The notes under the pieces were generated by a model that was not told the origin of the DNA, searched no databases, and saw only the letters and a list, made by a program, of their open reading frames with translations. The position numbers were made by a program, and so were the translations under genes. This document shows positions 55,981 to 64,000 of a stretch of DNA of 64,000 bases, piece by piece (the first letter of the stretch is position 1; each line of letters begins with the position of its first letter). Source of the stretch: Minutocellus sp. GHC0000111 (lineage: Eukaryota); NCBI GenBank assembly GCA_977018835.1, contig OZ361258.1, positions 3,038,001-3,102,000 of the forward strand, read 5' to 3'.

Positions 55981-57102
55981 ATGTCCTCCGGTGGTTATGC
56001 CAACCGTCTATCGGAGTACAACAACAAGGGCGTGTGTGGCCTTCCGGAATCGTTCGAATCGTCCCGCTCCATCAAGATCAAATTGGGGAAGCTGGTCGAG
56101 CTGGTGAAGGAGTCCCGACATATTGTTGTGCTCACAGGCGCCGGCGTATCGACGACCGCTGGGATTCCCGACTTTCGAGGTCCAAAGGGCATATGGACCG
56201 TCGAAGAGGAGGAGAAGAAGGCCAAGGACAAGGAGGAGCGCAAGAGGAAGAGGCAGAAGAAGAATACAAAGAAGGGGACGAAGAAACAAGAGATCGCCGC
56301 CGATGCCAAGGAGACAGGTGCCGATAATGAGACAGCTACCACCTCCGACGTTGGTAGCACAAGCAAAGCAAAGCCGCAATGTGTTGGCGGCAAGGTATCG
56401 GAGTTTTACAACTCGCCATCAAGGGCAGCGTCGTCGGCATCGGCTGCAAAGAGAGAGCCTGTTGATGATGAGGGTGATGTTGGAGACGGCGGTGGTAACG
56501 ACAATAATGGGACATCTGCCGCTACCGCGCTCAAGGAATCCACATCTCCCTCCTTCGAGAGTGCCAGGCCAACCTTTACCCATCGGGCATTGACCAAACT
56601 GGCTTCCCTAGATATTATCAAATATGTCGTTACGCAAAATGTGGACGGACTGCACCGCCGATCGGGCCTGCCCCGGTCCAAGCATGCCGTCCTGCACGGA
56701 TGTGTCTTTACCGAAAAGTGCGAGCGATGCGGGGAGGAATACTTTCGGGATTTCGATCTGGGTGGTGTGTCGTTCCAAAAGACTGGGCGGCAGTGCACTC
56801 AAAAGGATTGTGGCGGGGATTTGCGAGATACTATATTGGACTTGGACGATGCCCTGCCCGAGGATGATTGGGATAGATCACAGGATGAATGTGAGGCTGC
56901 TGACCTTGTGCTGGCGCTGGGAACGTCGCTTCGGATTGAACCGGCTGGATCGTTGCCACTCAGGGCCAAGAAGTTTGTTATCGTGAATTTGCAGGTCACG
57001 CCGTTGGATGACGATGCCACCCTGATCATCAAGGAGAGAGTTGATAAGGTTATGGAACACTTGCTAAAGGAGCTGAACATTGAATTGGACGATGATGAAT
57101 AG
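55981..57102 (+). CDS. SIRT6: Class IV sirtuin (SIRT6/SRT1-like NAD-dependent deacylase)
   Basis: YANRLSEYNNKGVCGLPE, TGAGVST.AGIPDFRGP.GIWT, QNVDGLH, LHG, CxxC..C..C, LRDTILD, GTSL.I.PA, IVNLQ.TP.D. Confidence 0.92.
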   Translation: MSSGGYANRLSEYNNKGVCGLPESFESSRSIKIKLGKLVELVKESRHIVVLTGAGVSTTAGIPDFRGPKGIWTVEEEEKKAKDKEERKRKRQKKNTKKGTKKQEIAADAKETGADNETATTSDVGSTSKAKPQCVGGKVSEFYNSPSRAASSASAAKREPVDDEGDVGDGGGNDNNGTSAATALKESTSPSFESARPTFTHRALTKLASLDIIKYVVTQNVDGLHRRSGLPRSKHAVLHGCVFTEKCERCGEEYFRDFDLGGVSFQKTGRQCTQKDCGGDLRDTILDLDDALPEDDWDRSQDECEAADLVLALGTSLRIEPAGSLPLRAKKFVIVNLQVTPLDDDATLIIKERVDKVMEHLLKELNIELDDDE

Positions 57103-57167
57103 AAATGTAAAATTTATCATATAAATATTTTATCCACTGCCGCGCTGCAAAATCATGATTTGAAATA

Positions 57168-58088
57168 TTAATACCTAATAATCGCTATTGTCCAAGTTCT
57201 CCATAATGGATCATTGTCAGCATCATACTCGTCCTCTGGAACGTGTGTCGTCTCGTAGCAGTATGGACCCTCATCCTCGGGATCATCCCTCTTCCTCTTC
57301 CCCCAGGAATGGAATCCATCCAAGTTAAAGTCCTTGTTGCACCGGCGGCAGTGCTCCCATGATTTCTTGGACGTATCCCACATGGTCCGGCTTCGATCGT
57401 ATGGGTGCTCCTCTCGGCACACGGTGTCGGAGGCTACCTGAGGGTCGTACTCTTTGCCGCAACGGCCGCATTTCACTGCCTTCTTCGGCGGCATGACCTC
57501 CTTGGGAAATACCTTGGTCAAAGCCTCCAGCCCCTCCGCCGTCTTGGTGGCCTCCTTGATCATAGACACTATTGCCGCATCGCTTCGCTTGGACAGACCA
57601 TACTCAATCCGTTCTCGCTCCCCAGGCATGTCGCGGTCCTGCAACGTCCGCTGTTCCTTCTCACATGTGGCTCGTCGTTCGGCCTCTGCCTTGGCCTTTG
57701 CGGCAGCCTCCTCCGCCTTGATTGTCAGTTCTGCTATGGCACTTGGATCCAGCACCGAGTCCAACGATGACTTGGCATGCTTGCACACATACAGTCGTTG
57801 GGTGGCCTGACTCGACGCGTGCTGCCGCTCGCCGTCGGGACAGGAGCATCGGACGCTGAAGGATTCGTAATCAAAGATGGGCAGACCATCGGATGTCATG
57901 CCCGTCACTTTCACCGCCCCCTTGGCCGTGACGTTGTACACGCTGGAACCGACCGCCCTCCACGCAAAGTCCACGGTGGTGCCGTCCACCTCGGAACGGA
58001 TGAGGTCGGGTGTCCCGGCCGTGTGCCAGGAGCCCGCCACACATGCCTCCCTGACGAGACCCGGCATGAATGTGCGCGAGGTGCTCAT
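57168..58088 (-). CDS. SWIM zinc-finger protein with a C-terminal Cys/His cluster
   Basis: SVYNV...CSCPD...VCKHA SWIM motif; CGRC..C.EEH, CRRC, C..TH. Probable 1-nt deletion at ~57208 near the C-terminus. Confidence 0.75.
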   Translation of the reverse strand: MSTSRTFMPGLVREACVAGSWHTAGTPDLIRSEVDGTTVDFAWRAVGSSVYNVTAKGAVKVTGMTSDGLPIFDYESFSVRCSCPDGERQHASSQATQRLYVCKHAKSSLDSVLDPSAIAELTIKAEEAAAKAKAEAERRATCEKEQRTLQDRDMPGERERIEYGLSKRSDAAIVSMIKEATKTAEGLEALTKVFPKEVMPPKKAVKCGRCGKEYDPQVASDTVCREEHPYDRSRTMWDTSKKSWEHCRRCNKDFNLDGFHSWGKRKRDDPEDEGPYCYETTHVPEDEYDADNDPLWRTWTIAIIRY

Positions 58089-58689
58089 GCTCGTTTGGGA
58101 CGAGATATAAATACAATACAGCAAGTGTTTTGTAATGCGATGCTGCGCAAAAGAAAGAACTGCCTGCTCTTAGCTAGCTGGAAGGAAGCAACACCAATAA
58201 CCTGCAAGGTTGAACTGACAAGGGACGAGGCGAGGCGAGGGCCGCGAGAAAAAAAGAACAGGCGAGAATCCAAAAGAACAACTTCGCTTTCTCTCTCTCC
58301 TTTCTTTCTGACGTCCCTTTCTTTTTTCTTCGTCATTACAACCGACCGCTGCACCGCCCAACCACTCACATGTCATCAGTCGCTCCATCTTTTGCTTTCC
58401 AGCTCGTGGCCTACTGCCCCGGCACCAACCAGCCAATACAACCGGCCATTAGCGTACTGCAGCATTACACTGCCAGCAGTGGTGTGCAAATTTCCCACAG
58501 CGTGCTGCTTTGGAGCTTGCGTATCTTTGGCTCTTTTTTCCACGCAAGTTGACAGACGAAAACCAGCACATCTTGTGTTTGTGCGGCCTGGAAGGCTGAA
58601 GGCCTCGGCTCTTTTCCTTTCCGACCGACCGACCGACCGACCGATTGACCGACGGGGCACCTTTGCCTTGCATAACCCAAACTGGAACC

Positions 58690-61600
58690 ATGGAGGAAGA
58701 CGCCGGGGAATATCTGGCCGATTACTTCGGTGATGATTGGGACAATGGCGGCACTGGTAATCAGCCGCAGCAGCATCCACAGGCGCATTACTACGACTAC
58801 TCGGCCCAAGACGCCTCGGCGGCGGCGGCGGCGGCGGGTGCCAACGCAAACGCAGCAGAAGCGAGGGCGGCCGCGGTCCATGCTCAGTATGCCCAGCAAA
58901 TGCCGCAATCGACTAGTACATCCCCTGATACCGACGACCCCCAAATAATGGCGGGATGCATCACATCCGCCGACCTTCGTCCGACCGACATTCTGTGCGG
59001 CCGGGGCAACTATTCCAACCCCGGAAACGCCACGTTCGTGCAGGTATGCGAGGCCCATCGGGACGAGTATACGTCGTGCAAGTCCTTCCGCGAGAAGCAG
59101 GTCGTCGCCGACAAGATTTACGACGAACTTTGCGGTGCGGGCAGCGGACGATTTCTGCAGCTGGTCAAGGGACCCAATCGCAAGAAGGATCGGGCCAAGG
59201 GGGAGCAAGAGGAGCGGACGTCGTACTGGAAGGAGATGGATCGGAAGGACATCGGGGTCAAGATCAAGCAGGGGCTGAGGCAGAAGCGCAACCCACCCAA
59301 GCGGGGGAGGCAGCAGCAGGCTTCTGCTACTTCTGCGGCTGCGGCTGGATCGACGAGTCCGGACGAACATCATTATCAGCAGCAGCAGGTGCCGACGCCC
59401 GCGGTGTCCTCGTCGGTCGGAGCCCATCCCGCAGCCCATTCAGGAGCCCATCCCTTCGAGTACGACGGCAGCGGTAGTGCCAGTCAGGGCATGCATTATG
59501 AAACCGGGTATCCGGCACAGGACCAGTATCCGCCCAACCATTATGCACATGCGGCGTCGGCTCCGGCACATCTGGTGGATCCCGATGACTCGTCGGCGGC
59601 CGCGGCTGCCGCGGCACTGCTGGACGGGGCCATTGACGATGTCGACGTCGACCTTTTGGAGATGCTGGCGACGGCGACCGATCTAAACGACGTCGATGCC
59701 TCGGACTTTGGTGCTGCTTCGGAAAATGGCGTCAGTAACGGCTCGGGAGGTGCCATCGACGCTTCCGCCATTGAGCCGGTGCCTCTTTCCCTGCCGTCGG
59801 ATCAGGGCCAGCTATCGCAACCGCAACTGCAACCGCAACCGCAGCCTGTCGGAGTCGATGTTATCACCCAGCGACCGTCACCAGACGCCGCTCTGTCGTC
59901 GGAGACGGGAACCAACAAGCGTGGGTGTCTGCCAGCGGACGGTATCCACGGAAATGGCAGCGCCTCTCCAGAAATCGACATCGTCACATCCTCCGCGGCA
60001 CCGTCGGCAGATGGACAGCTTCGGTTCCCGGAGGGCAAGCTGTACGGGCGGGAGGAGCACATCCATGCCCTCCGAGAATCGCTCGACAAGGTCATTCCCA
60101 ACAAAAGGGGACTGGTGCTGGTATCGGGCTATCCCGGCAGTGGCAAGTCGGAGCTGGTCGATCAGATCCGTCCTCAGCTGGCCGACCAGAAGGCGATGCT
60201 GATATGGACCAAGTTCGATGTCCGCGGTCGGATGCAAGCGCGATCGCCGCTCATTTTCAAGGCGTTCGACGAGTATTGCAAACAACTGCTCCGGGGCGAT
60301 CCGGGCGTGCTTGCCGAAGTGAGGGACAATGTCAAGGAAGCGCTTGGTGCCGATGCGGTTGTTCTCAAGGATCTCATTCCAAGTTTGGGCGATGTTATTG
60401 GCGACATTGACGATGCCAAGGGCGATGACCACCATGACGAAGGTCGGCAAGAGATGCAAAGGATTGTGTATCACGTGCGTGATTTCGTCAGGGCCATTGC
60501 ATCAACACAACATCCAGTCTGCATGGTTTTTGACGACATGCAATGGGCTAATGAGCAATGTCTGGAGCTGGTCTCTAAGCTCGTCACCGATACCATGTCC
60601 AGTTCCATTCTCTTCGTCGGGACTTATCGTGACAACGAGAGTAAAAGCGATTTGGCGCCGCTGCAAGAATGTCTCGGGGAGATTGCGATGGCAGCTGTGC
60701 CAATGTCCAACATTTCGCTTGAAAATCTATCGGTATCGAACGTGAACGAACTGGTGAGCGCCACTCTCGGCCAGCCTCCGCAGCATACTCTGCCTCTATC
60801 AAATGCCCTGCACACCAAGACGCGCGGAAACCCCATGTTCGTCAAACAACTCATGAGAGCCCTTGTCGACGAAAAGTTACTCAGCTACTCCGCCATCGCC
60901 CGTCGGTGGCAGTGGAACTTGCAAGCCATTCAGCTCAAAGCGATCGCTGACAACGCCGTTGACCTTCTTGTTGACAAAATGATGAAATCATATGGAGCAA
61001 AGAATCGAGACCTTTTACGAATGGCATCGTGCTTGGGATCATCGTTTGATGAGACAAACATGATGATGCTGTGTTCGCAGTACTCAGGATGCAGCGAACA
61101 AGAGCTTCTGAACCAATTGGGAGAGATGACGTCCGACGGCATGCTTATTCAATCTGGTCCTACGTACAAGTTCAGCCATGACCAGATCTGGCAGGCATGC
61201 TATGAGCTGACTCCGGTCGAAGAGCGTGAGGATATGCACTTGAAGAGTAAGTGGCGAGTGGCGATGTAAATTACCCCTCTTTCGTATACCTCGCTTACAT
61301 TTGCCTTTAAGTTACTCATGCGCAATTCCCATTTTTGCATTTTCTCCTGCAGTCGGTCGACAACTTCTCCAACAGATACCGCCAACGCATGTTGACGCCG
61401 TTGTCTTTACAATTGTGGATCAAATGAATCGAGGTTCGCGCAAGTTAACGAACCACAACGAAGAACTCATCGTCGCGCAGCTCAACTTGAAGGCCGGAGA
61501 GAAGGCGATGGCTAATAGCTCCTTTCTCCAAGCTTCGATCTATTTGGCACAAGGGACTGTGCTGATACGAGAAGAAGACTGGACTACTCACTACAACCTC

Positions 61601-63193
61601 TGCCTTCGACTTTTCACGATTTGTGCGGAAAGTCAGCTAGCACATGCAGATTACGACGGTGCCATAGTGGCCATCAACCACGTCCTCTCGAATGGCAAAA
61701 GCGTTGAGGACAAGCTGAGGGCGTACCATGCATGCGCCATTGCATTCATTGCACAAGCAAAGATGGAAAAGGCTCTAGACTTATCGATGAATGTACTAAA
61801 TGAGCTTGGAGAGGTCTTCTTGGCGGATCCTACTGAGGCCGAGGCAAGGACTGCTTTCAACACTACCAGAACCCTGATCGATGCCACCAACGAAACTATC
61901 ATAGGCGGGATGGCAACAGCTACAAATCCCAACAAGGTCGAAGCCATGCGATTCTTACTCCTTGCTGCGAAATGCTCATACTTTGTGTCGCCCTACCTCT
62001 ACGCGCTACTTGTATTCAGGATGGTCCAAATTACTCTATTGTCCGGAATCACACCAGAGTCGGCTTATGGATTCACATCACTATCATCGTTTTGTGCTGT
62101 TTTCATCGAACACCGGTCTCTGGATCTTGAACGAAAATGTGCAACGATATCAATGGAGTTGATCAAACGATTCGACAAATTCGCTCCCGTCATCGTTGCC
62201 ATGCTCAACCATTGTTTGTTTGCCTATACCCAGCCGATCCAAGCATGCTTAGAGCAGATCAAACATTCCTACGAGCTTGGAATGAGAGGTGGCGATGCCG
62301 ACTGGGCGTTGTCTATTTTGCCGCGCGTAAGTCAGGTCGGGCTCTTCTGCGGCAAGAATCTTGACGACCTGGAATCAGAAATGCGCATCAACATCCGCGA
62401 GTTGACCACGTACAAGCATTATATGTTGCAGGTCAACCTTTTGGTTTTCCAAACAGTATTGAATCTGCGAGGACCTGCTGCGTCGGGCTCTAATGCCTCC
62501 GAGGACGGCGATGATCCTACCATGCTCAATGGTGAAGGTATGGACCAGACCACTCTCCTCGCCGAGTTCTCAGATCGACCAATGCACAATGTCATTAGGT
62601 TGTTCTACTATTGTCGAATGTACCTGTCGTACCTGTTTCGGCGCTACGATGATGCCGCCGACCTTGAGGAGAGCCACCGATCATTGATTAAAGACTTATT
62701 CTTCCTCTCCAAGATGGACACCATCTACGATACGTACGAAACGTTCTATCGCGGCCTCATTGCATTCGCTATTCTACGACAAGGCACCGATTTCCGGCCA
62801 GAAGAAAACGAAAAGTGGACAGGCATTGCGAAGAGGTCGATGGACCAAATGAGGACGAGTGCCGAGCAAGGTTCCGAGTGGAACTTCCGAAATAAGTACG
62901 AGCTACTGGCCGCTGAGGATGCCGCCTTGAGGGGCGACGCTGAGAATGCCTGCGAGGCATATGAAGCCGCCATTGCCAAGGCCGAGGAGCACAACTTCAT
63001 CAACGAGCAAGCCTTGGCATGCGAACGATATGGTTTGTATTTATATGAGATCGGCAACGATTCGGAGGGCAAGGAACAGCTCGAGAAGGCACTGACTTTA
63101 TATGGCAGCTGGGGTGCCGCAAGGAAGGCGCAGGACGTCATGGCGCTGCTGCAGGAAAAGGAGGAGGTTGCGGCTTTGAGGGTGCAGGCATGA
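58690..63193 (+). CDS. DUF6824-like domain + STAND-class AAA_16 NTPase + TPR-like helical region; exons 58690-61246 and 61353-63193
   Basis: DILCGRG..NPGN..F..GRFL..W..KIKQ.LR (DUF6824-like); LYGRE, Walker A GYPGSGKS (60127-60150), Walker B VFDDMQW, TRGNPMF, YKFSHDQI; ALACER..Y.SWGA.RK tail; GT-AG intron 61247-61352 in frame. Confidence 0.85.
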
Positions 63194-63566
63194 TAGTAAG
63201 TAGATATAAATTTTAACGAACTGCTATCGAACAAATGCGATAGACATTGATTCATACATGTACCGGTAGGCTGGTTTTGTCAACGCTGTATCGACCTTGC
63301 CCTCTTTTGCAGAGAGAGGGGCTCGGCCAGTCAGTTCCCTCAGTCGTCAAGTCAGTCGAGTGAGTCGTAAAGGGTGCAAGCATCATCCAGCCAGCCAGCT
63401 GGCCTGCCGCATCCTCCAGCCATCCTGCCATCGCCATGCAGAGAACACGAGACGAGAGGCAGCAAGGCAGCAAGCTTCGCAAGCCGCCGACGCCTTCTGA
63501 TCTTGATCAACAGTGCGTCAGCACCGCGCCCCACAAAGAGCTCCGTGATATTGTATCACATTAGCG

Positions 63567-64000
63567 ATGAAGAGTAAGAATGGATACGGCTCTCTACCAG
63601 CCTCGGCACCATCGGATGAGGATGTAGAATCCGGACGTCGCCGACCTGCGACCTCGGTTTCCGGCACATCCGATGCATCCTCGAGTTGTGCTCGAGTGAT
63701 CCACCCTCCCGTCTCGCGGGAACGCGGAAATAGCATCTCGGGAACGCCCAAGGTCTGCCGGTCGCCTCACGGGGGCTCGGCCGTCGCTACCGGCCACGGT
63801 GCCATGAGGATGTCAGACACAACCGACAATACCGGTAGCGGGAGGGCTTCTCATCAGAGGGCCTTTTCAGCTCAGGATACCACGCCTCTCCTGAGAGGGC
63901 TGGGGCGGTCGGCAAGCCAGGGCGGAGAAAAGTCGTCGACGGAAGGTTATTTGGTACCCATCACACAGAATGACCGTGATTGCTGCGACGACACTGGTCG
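63567..64000 (+). CDS. Start of an unidentified protein running off the window
   Basis: ATG at 63567 opens a frame with no stop to the window end (MKSKNGYGSLP...DVESG...TTPLL). Confidence 0.5.
   Translation, partial: MKSKNGYGSLPASAPSDEDVESGRRRPATSVSGTSDASSSCARVIHPPVSRERGNSISGTPKVCRSPHGGSAVATGHGAMRMSDTTDNTGSGRASHQRAFSAQDTTPLLRGLGRSASQGGEKSSTEGYLVPITQNDRDCCDDTG

Noticed and set aside
57777..59439. ORFs 57777..58733 (+) and 58465..59439 (-)
   Set aside because: They overlap better-supported SWIM and STAND genes on the opposite strand and have no motifs.
55981..63193. Sirtuin near a STAND NTPase, recalling bacterial Sir2-STAND defence systems
   Set aside because: The sirtuin has the full class IV (SIRT6) housekeeping signature and Zn ribbon, not a defence NADase pattern; eukaryotic context without operons.

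Overview
Gene-dense eukaryotic nuclear DNA with short GT-AG introns, most likely from a diatom. That assignment is an inference from a DUF6824-like domain, many RxL pro-peptide motifs, PS/PT-repeat proteins and a diatom-type Harbinger-like transposase. About 27 protein-coding loci can be read. They include tepsin, a CNNM transporter, an SRR1-like protein, an ATG18/WIPI protein, dynactin p150, a SIRT6-like sirtuin, GT32 and GT14 glycosyltransferases, a secretory SET protein, a secretory ADP-ribosylglycohydrolase-like protein, a microbial-type PARG, an sPLA2 and a DUF6824-STAND NTPase. A ~2.1 kb degenerate DDE (PIF/Harbinger-like) element with long imperfect inverted repeats sits at the broken 5' end of the GT14 gene. 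The first ~4.1 kb is unusual: an intron-containing orphan gene with a ParB/DndB-type IDGQHR motif, an ankyrin-like orphan ORF, and a Helitron-like hairpin plus CTRR end, possibly the end of a large cargo-carrying element. About ten apparent 1-2 nt frameshifts, several in homopolymers, suggest assembly indels or a decaying haplotype. No rRNA, tRNA or CRISPR was seen. All family calls come from reading motifs by eye, not from database searches.
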